In this document: piece by piece, positions 29,024 to 39,089 of the stretch
How positions within the stretch are numbered: the first letter of the stretch is position 1
Layout: each line of letters starts with the position of its first letter
NCBI GenBank assembly: GCA_963718525.1
Contig: OY970355.1
Span: 2,016,001-2,080,000, forward strand
Source of the DNA: Candidatus Dormiibacterota bacterium
GTDB lineage: Bacteria > Chloroflexota > Dormibacteria > Aeolococcales > Aeolococcaceae
Direction: 5' to 3'
Length of the DNA stretch: 64,000 nt
Program-made: the position numbers and the translations under genes
The notes under the pieces: generated by a model
What the model was told of the DNA's origin: nothing
The model's input: the letters and a program-made list of their open reading frames with translations, nothing else
The model's database searches: none

Positions 29024-29719
29024 GTGATTCAGACGAGGGCTCGTAGCCAGCAGCCGGCTCCCCTCACGACCGCTTTCCCAGCCATCGTCCGTCCAGTCGG
29101 AGCTCCTCGGGCAACGACGCCAGCGCCGGTGGCGGAGCCTTCGCACCATCACCTTCCCGCTTGGGTGAAGCGAGCGTACGCGCAGGCACGCCCCATCCTC
29201 GCCGATCTCCTGGGCAGTCTCGAAGGTGAGCCCCGCGAAGAGTTCCAACGCTCGATCGATGACATCACTGCGCGTATCAACACCGGGAAGTTCAGTCAGG
29301 CGTTCCAGTACCCGCAATTGATCGCGAGCGGCATGGAGCTATATCAGCAGCAGCGCGCGACCAATGCGGATCGCGCTCGCGCCGCACATGCGCTCGATCT
29401 CCTCCGCCGTCGCGGCAGCGACATGCTTCGGGATGCAGGCCCGCAGCTGCCTCCCGAGGTCACGTCCCGTCTCGGCAGATCGTTGCGGTCCGCCACGAGC
29501 GCCGAGGAGATCACCGAGGTTGAGACCGAGGTGCGCCAGGCCGTGGAGTCGGCCCGGTCGGTCCAGGATCGCAAGCGCGAGCGCGAGATCAGCAAGACGC
29601 GCACGAAGATTCAGCGCGCGGCGCCGCGTGCGCAGGCCCGGCCGGTGGAAACCACCGAGACATGGCAGGACGTCCTTCGCCGTCTGCAGGAGCAGATGGC
29701 GCAAGAGGCGGGAGCGTGA
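29024..29719 (+). CDS. Hypothetical alpha-helical protein
   Basis: 231-aa ORF with genome-like codon usage; stop overlaps next start (GTGA). Confidence 0.75.
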   Translation: MIQTRARSQQPAPLTTAFPAIVRPVGAPRATTPAPVAEPSHHHLPAWVKRAYAQARPILADLLGSLEGEPREEFQRSIDDITARINTGKFSQAFQYPQLIASGMELYQQQRATNADRARAAHALDLLRRRGSDMLRDAGPQLPPEVTSRLGRSLRSATSAEEITEVETEVRQAVESARSVQDRKREREISKTRTKIQRAAPRAQARPVETTETWQDVLRRLQEQMAQEAGA

Positions 29720-30207
29720 CCTCGGCCCCTCTAGCGGCCTCCCTGGATCCCAACAGCCTGGCGCCTGAGGCCACCGACCCCGAGGTGGGATCCGTGATGC
29801 GGCGAGAGGTGGTCTTCTGCCTTCCGAGCACGCCGGCGGATGCGATTGCCAAGTTGCTCGCCGACAACATCCTCAGTGAGATCGTGGTCCTTGTGGACCG
29901 CCGTCCGGTCGGATACGTCGCCAAAGAGGACATCATCGATCGCCTGATTGCGGGCGACATCGTGGTGTCCGGCAGCGACTTCGCTGTCCGCCCGCCCTCC
30001 ACGAACGTTCAGGCTCGCAACATTCTGCACGCGTCGCCGCTGCTTGTCGACGAGCACCAGCGCCTGAGTGAGGTGGTCTCGCTGATGGCGCATCACCAGC
30101 GCCGGCTTGCGGTCGTCACCCACGAGGACGACACGGTGGTCGGCATGGTGACCCCCCGCGAGCTTGCCGATTTCGCGCTTGCGCGTCGCACGGCCGTCCA
30201 TGCCTGA
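29716..30207 (+). CDS. CBS domain pair protein
   Basis: VGSVMRREVV, LVDRRPVGYV and VVGMVTPREL. Confidence 0.85.
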   Translation: MTSAPLAASLDPNSLAPEATDPEVGSVMRREVVFCLPSTPADAIAKLLADNILSEIVVLVDRRPVGYVAKEDIIDRLIAGDIVVSGSDFAVRPPSTNVQARNILHASPLLVDEHQRLSEVVSLMAHHQRRLAVVTHEDDTVVGMVTPRELADFALARRTAVHA

Positions 30208-32422
30208 ACTGGAGAGCATCGCCTCTCCACTCGGCGCCGAGTGCGACCCCGAAGACACGCTGTCCGACGTGCTCGAGGTGCTGCGTCTCCAGGACCCGGT
30301 GCCGCTCATCGTCGTCAGAGGCGAGGAGATCCTCGGCGCCATCGGCCTCGAGGTCGTCGTCTCCTCGTTCGACGTCCTTGACCAGACGAGCGTTCGCGAC
30401 GTCATGCGTCCAGCGCCCGAGATCGACCTCGGCGAGCGCATCGAGCGCGGCGCGGACGTGATGCGCCGGGCCAACGCGGAGGCGGCAATCGTCACCGCAC
30501 CGGACGGTGGCGTCTTCTCGCGCCGGAGCTCACCTGCCGGCATGGTCAGCGCAGCACACGTGCTCGGCGCCATCGCGAAGAACGTCATCGACAAGGCGCC
30601 CATGAAGATCATGAGCGGGCACCTCGACCTCGGATTCAACGTCCCGATCACGCCGTGCCAGCGCAACTGTCCGATCCGCCAGGACATCGCGACCTACATC
30701 GACTACGTGAGCCAGGGCCGGTACGTCGACTCGTGGGCGGTCATCCACGAGACCAATCCGTTCCCGAGCATGCTCGGCCGGCTCTGCAATCACCCGTGCG
30801 AGACCGACTGCAAGCGCGGATGGGACCCAGGCGAGGAGCCGGTGACGATCAAGTCGATCAAACGGTTCTCGACCGACTTCGCGTTCCAGCAGGGGCTGTG
30901 GATCAACTACAAGATCGCGCCTGCCAAGGGCAAGCGGGTCGCAGTGGTCGGCGCGGGCCCTGCGGGCCTGACCTGCGCCCTCGACCTCCGCGTGCAGGGA
31001 TACGACGTCGTGCTCTACGAGCGCGAGGCCAAGGTCGGCGGTCTGCTCAGCACGTCGATTCCGCCGTTCCGGTTCGATCATCGCCAGCTCCAGTGGGAGC
31101 TCGACATGATCCTATCGACGGGAATCGACGTCCGGTTGAACAGCAACATCGGCAGCGGACCCGACGACATCAAGACCAAGGACCTGATCGACGAATACGA
31201 CGCCGTGTTCTTCTCGATCGGGATGATGAAGGGCCGGATTCTGCCGATTCCGGGCAGTGATCTTCCTCAGGTCACCGATGCGATGAGCTTCCTGCGCACT
31301 GTCTCGTACGACAAGGTTCCGGAGCACTTCCCCATCGGTGGCACCGTGGTGGTCGTGGGTGGTGGTGCTGTCGCCACCGACGCATGCCAGTCATCCATCA
31401 AGCTCGGCGCGAAGGACGTCTGGATGGTCGCGATCGAGCCCGAGGATCGCCTCCCGGCGTTCGGCAACGAGCTGCACGAAGCCAAGGAGATCGGGCTCCA
31501 CATCCAGTGCGGCGTCATCGTCAAGCACATCGAGGCTGACGAGAAGGGCGACGTCAAGTCGGTGTCGTTCGCGCCGCTGCAGGACCTGCAGTTCGATCCG
31601 CTCAGCGGCAAGCTCATCTTCTCGTCGGTCAAGGAGAAGGAGAACGCACCGCTGTGGACCGTGCCGGCGGACTACGTGATCTTCGCGTCGGGGCAGATCA
31701 TGGAGCGCCCCGACGAGCTCGTCCCGGTCACTCCGCGCGGACTGCTGTCGGCCGATCGTGGCGGCCATACCGGGGTTCCCAAGCTCTTCTGCGGTGGGGA
31801 CTGCGTGCAGGGCCCATCGTTCATCGTCGACGCGGCGGGATGGGGACATCGCGTTGCGCGCTCGATACGCGAGTTTCTCGGCGAGGATATGGAGGGTGCC
31901 GGCGACCGCATCTACCAGACAATCGTCGAGCGCACCGACGACCACCGCCAGTCCGAGCTGTTCGCGCGCGTCGAACCGGACATCCTCGAGGCGGACAAGC
32001 GCTACGACATGTCCGAGGTGGAGCAGTCGTGGAGCGATCAGACGGCGATCGTGCAGGCGATCCGCTGCTTCCAGTGCGACTCCGTGCACCACTACGACCA
32101 GACCGTCTGCGTGCTCTGCGGTGCGTGTGATGACGTGTGTCCGGAGAAGGCAATCGATGTCGTGGTGTTCGGCGAGGATCGTGAGCGATCGTCCGGCGGC
32201 GAGACGCTGGTGTGCAGCACGTCCGGCGGCGTACCGGGCGCGGGCGGTTATGAGGGCGAGATCTACATCAACTACGACCGCTGCACCAACTGCAGGATCT
32301 GCGAGGATCACTGCCCGGTGAACTGCATCACGTTCGAGCGTGTGCGTTTCGTCGACGACACCATGCGCGTCGTCGAGCGCCCGGATCTGAAATTCGAACT
32401 GCCGCTCGTCGCGGTGGGGTAG
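30200..32422 (+). CDS. FAD/NAD(P)-dependent FeS oxidoreductase (GltD/DsrL/SfrB-like) with N-terminal CBS-like pair and C-terminal 2x[4Fe-4S]
   Basis: PCQRNCP, GRLCNHPCETDC, GAGPAG, GGGAVA, RCFQC, CVLCGACDDVCP and CTNCRICEDHCP. Confidence 0.88.
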   Translation: MPELESIASPLGAECDPEDTLSDVLEVLRLQDPVPLIVVRGEEILGAIGLEVVVSSFDVLDQTSVRDVMRPAPEIDLGERIERGADVMRRANAEAAIVTAPDGGVFSRRSSPAGMVSAAHVLGAIAKNVIDKAPMKIMSGHLDLGFNVPITPCQRNCPIRQDIATYIDYVSQGRYVDSWAVIHETNPFPSMLGRLCNHPCETDCKRGWDPGEEPVTIKSIKRFSTDFAFQQGLWINYKIAPAKGKRVAVVGAGPAGLTCALDLRVQGYDVVLYEREAKVGGLLSTSIPPFRFDHRQLQWELDMILSTGIDVRLNSNIGSGPDDIKTKDLIDEYDAVFFSIGMMKGRILPIPGSDLPQVTDAMSFLRTVSYDKVPEHFPIGGTVVVVGGGAVATDACQSSIKLGAKDVWMVAIEPEDRLPAFGNELHEAKEIGLHIQCGVIVKHIEADEKGDVKSVSFAPLQDLQFDPLSGKLIFSSVKEKENAPLWTVPADYVIFASGQIMERPDELVPVTPRGLLSADRGGHTGVPKLFCGGDCVQGPSFIVDAAGWGHRVARSIREFLGEDMEGAGDRIYQTIVERTDDHRQSELFARVEPDILEADKRYDMSEVEQSWSDQTAIVQAIRCFQCDSVHHYDQTVCVLCGACDDVCPEKAIDVVVFGEDRERSSGGETLVCSTSGGVPGAGGYEGEIYINYDRCTNCRICEDHCPVNCITFERVRFVDDTMRVVERPDLKFELPLVAVG

Positions 32423-32445
32423 CGATCGACTCTCAACAACGCTTC

Positions 32446-32874
32446 ATGCGTCATGCGCTCCGGCTGGCTCGCGCTGCCGGTGCGCGCGGGGAGGTACCGG
32501 TCGGCGCGATTGCGGTGCGCGGCGGCGCAGTCATTGCAGCGGCGGGGAATGCCATGGAGCGGCGCGGTGACGCGACCGCGCACGCCGAGATGCTGGTGCT
32601 GCGGAAGGTTGCCGCAGTGGTTGGGGGCTGGCGGCTCGACGGCGTCACCGTTTATGCGACGTTGGAGCCGTGCCCGATGTGCGCCGGCGCGATGGTGCAG
32701 GCGCGCATCGATTCGTGCGTCTACGGCGCCGTCGATCCCAAGAAAGGCGCTGACGGCACCGTGTACGACGTGCTGCGCAATCCACGCAACAACCACCGGA
32801 TCACCGTGATCAATGGGGTGGGCGCGAGTGAGGCTGCAGCGCTCCTCCAGGACTTCTTCCGAGCGCGCCGCTGA
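32446..32874 (+). CDS. tadA: tRNA adenosine deaminase
   Basis: GEVPVGA, TAHAE, TLEPCPMCAGA, DPK and FFRARR. Confidence 0.9.
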   Translation: MRHALRLARAAGARGEVPVGAIAVRGGAVIAAAGNAMERRGDATAHAEMLVLRKVAAVVGGWRLDGVTVYATLEPCPMCAGAMVQARIDSCVYGAVDPKKGADGTVYDVLRNPRNNHRITVINGVGASEAAALLQDFFRARR

Positions 32875-32876
32875 GC

Positions 32877-33206
32877 TCAGGAGGCGGTTGTCGCCGCCTT
32901 GTGCGTGAGGTCCACCTCGTGCGCTCGGATGACTTCACTCACCTGCGACGAGTACCACGAGTAGAACTCCTCGCGCGCCCAGCGCTGCGTCTCGCGGTGC
33001 TCGGGGTTGTCGCGCCACGCCTTCGCCAACTCGTCATTCTCGAACAGCTCGAGGGACACCTCTTCGCCGTCGGGGCCTTCGAACGTCTCGATCGAGATGA
33101 AGCCCGGGTGCTGCTGCACCAGCTCGTGCATCCGCCTGCTGCGTCGCGCATATTCTTCGAGGTCGCCGTCGGGCCGGTTGCGCGATCGAAACACCACCAG
33201 GATCAC
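32877..33206 (-). CDS. Antibiotic biosynthesis monooxygenase family protein
   Basis: MILVVFRSR, PGFIS and AWRDNPEHRETQ. Confidence 0.85.
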   Translation of the reverse strand: MILVVFRSRNRPDGDLEEYARRSRRMHELVQQHPGFISIETFEGPDGEEVSLELFENDELAKAWRDNPEHRETQRWAREEFYSWYSSQVSEVIRAHEVDLTHKAATTAS

Positions 33207-33216
33207 GGCTTCATCT

Positions 33217-34650
33217 TCACACAGAAGCGGTGGCCAGGCGTCGTAGCGCGCTCCGTGCGGCGTGGTAGCCGCACATCCCGTGCACCCCGCCGCCTGGCGG
33301 AGTCGACGCAGAGCAGATGAACATGTCGGGATTGGGCGTGGAGTACGCATCGACGCGCGCCACCGGACGCGTGAAGAGCTGTCCGAGGTCGGTGACACCA
33401 CCGGTGATCGCGCCGCCGACGTAATTGGCGTCGTACCGCTCGAGGTCGGCGGTGTTCATCACATGGCGCGCGAGGATGCGGTCGCGGAAGCCCGGCGCAA
33501 AGCGCTCGACCTGTCGCTCGATCGCCTCGGTGCGGTCGAGTGTGGAGCCCGCGGGAACGTGGCAATACGCCCACCCGGTGTGCTTCCCGTGGGGTGCTCG
33601 CGAGGCGTCGAAGAGGCTCGGCTGAACGAGGAGGATGAAGGGCTGGTCGGGGTGCTCGCCCCGCCATACGGCCCGCTCTGAGGCTGCGATCTCGTCGAGC
33701 GTGCCGCCAACATGAACGGTCGACGCCTCGAGGCAGGCCTGATCGGCCCAGGGTATGGGGCCGTCCAACGCCCAGTCGACCTTGAACACGCCCGGGCCGT
33801 AACGGTATGCGCGCAGACGCCGCACGTACTTGGCGGGCAAGACGGGGGATGCGATGGTCGCGAGCTGGTTCGGGCTGGTGTCGAACAGCACGACGCGCGA
33901 CGGCGGCAGGTCGGCGAGCGAATCGACGGGGTGGCTCGTCTCGATCCGGCCGCCGAGGGACAGGAGGTAGGCGGCGAGGGCGTTCGTGATGGCGGCGGAT
34001 CCGCCTTTCGCGATCGGCCATGTCTCGACGTGGCCGGCGAGCAGAAAGAGCAGGCCGACGGCGCCGGTGACCGGTCGCGTCAAGGGCAGGATCGCGTGAG
34101 CGGCGCAGCCCGCGAGCAGGGCTCGGGCGCGCTGGCCTCGAAACCAGGTGCGCCCGAGAGCGGTTGCCGGCAACAGCCCTGGGATGCCGAAGCGAGCCAG
34201 CACCAGCGGGTGCCGCGGCGCCCGTGCAGGGCCGAGGATCTCCGCGAACAGCTCGGACGCGTGAGGGAGGAGCGGGGCGATGAGCCTGCGGTATGCGCCG
34301 GCGTCCGGTCCGAGCGACCGGGTCGTCGCGTCCATCGACGTTCGGAGGATGACCGCCGGCTCCCCGTCGAGCGGGTGCGCTACTGACGCCGGGGGCTGGA
34401 TCCAGGAGAGTCCGTGTTCCGCAAGCGGGAGTGTGGACAGATACGGCGACACGATGCCGAGCGGGTGTGCCGTGGAACAGACGTCGTGGTGATAGCCGGG
34501 GAGCGTGAGCTCGGCGGTGCGCGTCCCGCCCCCGATCGTCGCCGCGGCTTCGAGCACCAGGACCTCGGCGCCGTTGCGAGCCAGCTCGACCGCCGCGGCC
34601 ATGCCGTTAGGACCGCTGCCGATGACGACAGCGTCCAGGCGTGACGGCAC
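33217..34650 (-). CDS. Phytoene desaturase-like FAD oxidoreductase
   Basis: IGSGPNG, HDVCS and CSASTPPGGGVHGMCG. Confidence 0.9.
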   Translation of the reverse strand: MPSRLDAVVIGSGPNGMAAAVELARNGAEVLVLEAAATIGGGTRTAELTLPGYHHDVCSTAHPLGIVSPYLSTLPLAEHGLSWIQPPASVAHPLDGEPAVILRTSMDATTRSLGPDAGAYRRLIAPLLPHASELFAEILGPARAPRHPLVLARFGIPGLLPATALGRTWFRGQRARALLAGCAAHAILPLTRPVTGAVGLLFLLAGHVETWPIAKGGSAAITNALAAYLLSLGGRIETSHPVDSLADLPPSRVVLFDTSPNQLATIASPVLPAKYVRRLRAYRYGPGVFKVDWALDGPIPWADQACLEASTVHVGGTLDEIAASERAVWRGEHPDQPFILLVQPSLFDASRAPHGKHTGWAYCHVPAGSTLDRTEAIERQVERFAPGFRDRILARHVMNTADLERYDANYVGGAITGGVTDLGQLFTRPVARVDAYSTPNPDMFICSASTPPGGGVHGMCGYHAARSALRRLATASV

Positions 34651-34657
34651 GCTGGCC

Positions 34658-36691
34658 CTACGCGGCAGGTGTGGCGGCGACGACTTCTCCGCTCGCCAGC
34701 ACCATCCCGTCTTCGCAGACGGCCTCGACCCGGCCGCCCTGGAACTGCTGCTCGTAGACCTTCGCGTAGGCTCCTCCGCGACGGAGGAGTTCCGCGTGGG
34801 TGCCCTGCTCGAGGAGGCGGCCCTGGTCGATGACGAAGATCACGTCTGCGGCCAGGATGGTCGACAGCCGGTGCGCGATGGCGATGGTGGTGCGCCCGGT
34901 CAGCAGCGGCTCGAGCGCAGCCTGGACCAGGCGCTCACTCGTGGTATCGAGCGCGGATGTCGCTTCGTCGAGGATCAGCACGCGGGGCGCTTTCAGGACC
35001 ACTCGCGCGATAGCCAGGCGTTGCTTCTCACCCCCGGACATCCGGTAGCCGCGCTCACCGACCAGGGTGTCGTAGCCGTCGTCGAGGGCGACGATGCGGT
35101 CGTGGATGAAGGCTGCGCGTGCGGCCGCCTCCAGTTCCTCCTGGGTCGCGTCGGGCTTGGCGTACGTGAGGTTGCGCCGCACCGACGCATGGAAGAGGTA
35201 CGTCTCCTGCGTGACCATGCTGATCGCGCCTGCAAGCGACGCGATCGTGTAATCGCGCACGTCCATCCCGTCGAGGAGCACCGCGCCCTTGGTGACATCG
35301 TAGAGACGGGGGATCAGGTAGGAGATGGTGGTCTTGCCGGCACCACTCGGTCCGACGATCGCCGCGAGCTGTCCGGGCTTGACCGCAAAGGTCACGTCCT
35401 CGAGCGCCCAGTCGCGGCGCAGCTCGTTGGGGACTGGGTCGCTCTCCGCGGGGTACCCGGTCGGGATCTTGATTGGCGATGCCGGTCGCTGCGACGGTTC
35501 GGTCATCGGCCCGAAGCTCCCCCGGTCGTACCGGAAGAAGACGTGCTCGAGGCTGACGTCGCCCCTGATGTCGGCCGCCGCAACGGTGCGCGCGTCTGGC
35601 GAGTCGACGATGTCGTGCGGCATCTTCAGGTAGTCGAAGATGCGCTCGAAGAGCGCCAGGCTCGCCTGGATCTCAATGGATACCGAGAGGAGGCTGCCGA
35701 TGGGGAAGAAGAGGCGGCTCTGGAGCGTGGTGAACGCGACGATCGTTCCCGCCGTGATCGGGGCGGGGCCGTGGCTGCCCGCGAGGACGAATCCGGCGAT
35801 GAGATACACCAGCGCGGGCGCGCTGCTGAAGAAGGCACCGATGACCGCGAAGAGGGCTCGACCGATCATCTCCTGCCGGATGGCAAGGTTGGCGAGCCGG
35901 TGATTCTCCTTTCGGAAGCGGGCAACTTCCTCGGGACCGCGGCCGAACACCTTGGCGAGGAGCATGCCCGAGACCGACAGGGTCTCCTCGGTAATCGCGC
36001 TGATCTCGGCCTTCGATTCCTGGGCCTGCATGGTGATCTGGCGGCGGACCTTGCCGGCGCGGTACGTGTAGTAGACGAAGAGCGGCGTGATCGCCAGCGA
36101 GAGGACGGTCAGCTGCCAGGACAGCACCAGCATGGCGATCAGGGTGCTCAGCAGGGTCACGACGTTGGCGAGGAGCGAGGTGGCGGTGTCGGTGACGACC
36201 GACTGGATACCCCCGACATCGTTCGTGAGCCGGGACTGGATCTCGCCGGTCCGAGTGCCCGTGAAGAACCGGAGCGACATCCCCTGCAGGTGTTCGTACA
36301 GACGGTTGCGCAGCTCCTCCATGACACGCTGCCCCACCCGGTTGGTGATGTAGGTCTGGAGGACGCCGATCGCCCCGGTGACGATCGTGATCCCGATCAT
36401 GATCCCCACCAGCAACTCGAGCCGGGGCACGTCGACCGGCAGCGCGACGCTCCCGCGGGTGGGGAAGAGGGCGGTGTCGAAGACGACCTTGATGAGCACC
36501 GGGTTCACGACGCCCGCGCCTGAGGTGATGATCACCAGGAGGGCGATCATCGCCACGCCACCCCGGTGCGCCTTGAAGAGGCCCGCCGTCTGACGGATGA
36601 GCCGTCGATTGGAGACGCGGCCGGAGGGTTTGTCGCGCTTCCCGCCCATGAAGCCGCCTCCGTGCATCACGGCAGCCGGACTCCTGGGCAC
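34658..36691 (-). CDS. ABC exporter, fused permease and ATPase (exact start uncertain)
   Basis: TM domain, GPSGAGKT, MSGGEKQR and LDEATS. Confidence 0.93.
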   Translation of the reverse strand: MPRSPAAVMHGGGFMGGKRDKPSGRVSNRRLIRQTAGLFKAHRGGVAMIALLVIITSGAGVVNPVLIKVVFDTALFPTRGSVALPVDVPRLELLVGIMIGITIVTGAIGVLQTYITNRVGQRVMEELRNRLYEHLQGMSLRFFTGTRTGEIQSRLTNDVGGIQSVVTDTATSLLANVVTLLSTLIAMLVLSWQLTVLSLAITPLFVYYTYRAGKVRRQITMQAQESKAEISAITEETLSVSGMLLAKVFGRGPEEVARFRKENHRLANLAIRQEMIGRALFAVIGAFFSSAPALVYLIAGFVLAGSHGPAPITAGTIVAFTTLQSRLFFPIGSLLSVSIEIQASLALFERIFDYLKMPHDIVDSPDARTVAAADIRGDVSLEHVFFRYDRGSFGPMTEPSQRPASPIKIPTGYPAESDPVPNELRRDWALEDVTFAVKPGQLAAIVGPSGAGKTTISYLIPRLYDVTKGAVLLDGMDVRDYTIASLAGAISMVTQETYLFHASVRRNLTYAKPDATQEELEAAARAAFIHDRIVALDDGYDTLVGERGYRMSGGEKQRLAIARVVLKAPRVLILDEATSALDTTSERLVQAALEPLLTGRTTIAIAHRLSTILAADVIFVIDQGRLLEQGTHAELLRRGGAYAKVYEQQFQGGRVEAVCEDGMVLASGEVVAATPAA

Positions 36692-36837
36692 GGGTGGGAG
36701 AGGAGTGTCATTGCTTCGACTGTACCAACCTCGAAACGTTTTCCCGATCTATCGTCTCGGGTCGATTGGCCATCGCGGCGGCTATCATCTGCCACACCGG
36801 CGCGGAGACCGCCGGCGCGGGGCTCGGAGGAAATCGG

Positions 36838-37413
36838 ATGAGCATCAAGCGGCTCCTGATAGGGGCGCTGGCCGCGGGCGCGACCATCGCAATCGGCGGA
36901 TGTGGCGGCGCAGGCAGCGGGGCGACGCCGACGCCGTCGTCGGGTGGCTTGACCATTCCGGGGCTTGGTGGTGGGACGACCGGGTCGGCTCCTGCCGCGA
37001 ACACGCTCCTGAGCGCGGCCGCCGTGCAGACCATCAGTGGCGACCCGAACGTGGCTGCCATCGCCGGTACGTGCTCGACGACGACGTGCGTTTACGGGGA
37101 CACCTCTGGATCGGGTGGCGGCGGTGGGGTGATCTTTGTCGAGCCGTTCCCGGGGGTCTTCGGCCAGGCGGCACTGCAGGCGGCGATCGCGGCGGCGTTG
37201 AGCGGCCAGGCCGCAGGCAGCGGTGGCACCGCCCAATCGGTGTCCGGTCTGGGAAGCGGCGCGATCAAGGAGGTCGACGCGAACTCGGTCACGTATGCGT
37301 TCGTGAAGAACAACTACCTGGCTGTGATCAGCGTGTCCTCCGGGACGAAGTCCGGGGCGGACATGGATTCGCAGGTCGGGGCGGCTGCGCAATCGGTCGC
37401 GGGGTCGCTGTAG
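36838..37413 (+). CDS. Putative lipoprotein
   Basis: GGAGG RBS; signal peptide ending IGGC; Gly/Ser/Thr linker. Confidence 0.8.
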   Translation: MSIKRLLIGALAAGATIAIGGCGGAGSGATPTPSSGGLTIPGLGGGTTGSAPAANTLLSAAAVQTISGDPNVAAIAGTCSTTTCVYGDTSGSGGGGGVIFVEPFPGVFGQAALQAAIAAALSGQAAGSGGTAQSVSGLGSGAIKEVDANSVTYAFVKNNYLAVISVSSGTKSGADMDSQVGAAAQSVAGSL

Positions 37414-37415
37414 GG

Positions 37416-37505
<90 letters not shown>

Positions 37506-37566
37506 GGGAGCGTCGAGTATAGGGGCGAGCCCTGACGACCTCGATCGACTGAGCGAGTTCGGTCGT

Positions 37567-37722
37567 CTACCAGTAGTACCAGCGGCCCCCGCGCGGCCGA
37601 ACGGCCAGGCCGATCAGCCAGAAGATCAGAAAGATGAATGCGATCCACCACAGGACGTGGAGCGCGAACCCAAACCCGAATAGCAGGGCCGTGAACAGGA
37701 GGAAGGCGAACAGGACGCACAT
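37567..37722 (-). CDS. Small hydrophobic membrane protein, 51 aa (missing from ORF track)
   Basis: MCVLFAFLLFTALLFGFGFALHVLWWIAFIFLIFWLIGLAVRPRGGRWYYW. Confidence 0.8.
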   Translation of the reverse strand: MCVLFAFLLFTALLFGFGFALHVLWWIAFIFLIFWLIGLAVRPRGGRWYYW

Positions 37723-37841
37723 GGTCGAGGATCTCCCCTGAGGCGATATGAAGCTCAGATGGTAGATACCCGGGGGGTGGGCCGGGTGAAACCGGCCACG
37801 GTGCGGTCAGGGTGGCGGTAGGTCGCGGATACAATCGCGGA

Positions 37842-37932
37842 GGAGCGATCGCCTAGTTGGCCGAGGGCGCCGCACTGGAAATGCGGTATACCGCGTCAAG
37901 CGGTATCGAGGGTTCGAATCCCTCTCGCTCCG
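37842..37932 (+). tRNA. tRNA-Ser(GGA), CCA not encoded
   Basis: GGAGCGA acceptor, CCGCA-CTGGAAA-TGCGG anticodon arm, long variable arm, GTTCGAATCC; TACAAT -10 box just upstream. Confidence 0.95.
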
Positions 37933-38147
37933 GTTTCCTGTTGCAATTCAAGGCACTTCGCCTTATCCATGAGCGCGAATTTCGCGCCCACTGGCGGCTG
38001 CGTCCCAATAGAGGCCCAACGGGGTGGGCCATCGGCACCGCGTTACGCTTGGTCAGGACTGCGTCCCTGTTTGGAAACCGCGTCGGCCCTGACGGAAACG
38101 ATAGGCGCCGATAGAAGTCTCCCCTATGCAGGCGCTGCCCGCTCTGA

Positions 38148-38765
38148 TTGAATGGACGCGTGGAGCTCCGCGACATCGTTCGAAGGCGGCGGATGGTTCA
38201 CCGATTCACACGCGAGCCCGTCGCTGACGAGGCGCTCCTACGCATCCTGGAGATCGCGCGGCACGCACCCTCGGCCGGCTTCAGCCAAGGCTTCAGGCTC
38301 GTCGTCCTCGACGATCCTGGGCAGCTAGAGTGGTTCTGGCGCGTGACGACGCCCCCGGACGAGCTCCCGGAACTGGACGAACGAATCGCGACCGGGCCGC
38401 CAGTCATTGTCCTGCCTTTTACCTCCAAGGCCGTCTATCTGGACCGATACTCCGCGCCTGACAAGGCCGCGTTCGGCCTGCAGAGCGAGGAAGCCTGGCC
38501 GGTCCCGTTCTGGCATGTCGACGCCGGGATGGCAATCATGCTGATCTTGCTCGCCACAATCGACGAGGGTCTTGGCGGCTGGTACTTCGGCATAGTCCAA
38601 GGCGAGACCGACTTGCTGTCTGAGCTCGGCGTCCCCGACCAATACGCACTGCTTGGAGGAGTTGCAATCGGCAACCGATCGCCCGACGACGTTAAGACGA
38701 AGGGATCAGCCTACAGCCGGACGCGCATTTCGGCGGATGATCTCGTCCACCACAGCCACTGGTGA
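38148..38765 (+). CDS. Nitroreductase family protein
   Basis: RRRRMVHRF, APSAGFSQG and WHVDAGMA; true start may be GTG 38160. Confidence 0.9.
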   Translation: MNGRVELRDIVRRRRMVHRFTREPVADEALLRILEIARHAPSAGFSQGFRLVVLDDPGQLEWFWRVTTPPDELPELDERIATGPPVIVLPFTSKAVYLDRYSAPDKAAFGLQSEEAWPVPFWHVDAGMAIMLILLATIDEGLGGWYFGIVQGETDLLSELGVPDQYALLGGVAIGNRSPDDVKTKGSAYSRTRISADDLVHHSHW

Positions 38766-38819
38766 CCCATCGCTGAGGTTGAAGTCGGCACGACGTCGGG
38801 TTCTTCCGTGCATGGCGAG

Positions 38820-39084
38820 TTACGCGCGGGCGACTGGGCGCTGCCGAGCGTGCAACCTACCCGCTGGTCACTACGCCAGCTGCGCAGGAACTGCCCCGAT
38901 CAAAGCCTCCAGCGGCGACGTCCGCCGTCACCGGTTGTGTCGTTCGGGGAATCGCTCGTTGAATAACGCGCTCCATCTCGCTGCGCGCGTGCAAGCGATG
39001 CACACGAGTCTCGGCCACGAGCACTACCAGCGCAAGCTCGGACGACGAATCATTGGGAAGGCAATGCGCCGGTACCTAAATTAG
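38820..39084 (+). mobile_element. IS110-family transposase C-terminal remnant
   Basis: ASCAGTAPIKASSGDVRRHRLCRSGNRSLNNALH; N-terminal domain absent. Confidence 0.8.
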
Positions 39085-39089
39085 AAGGG

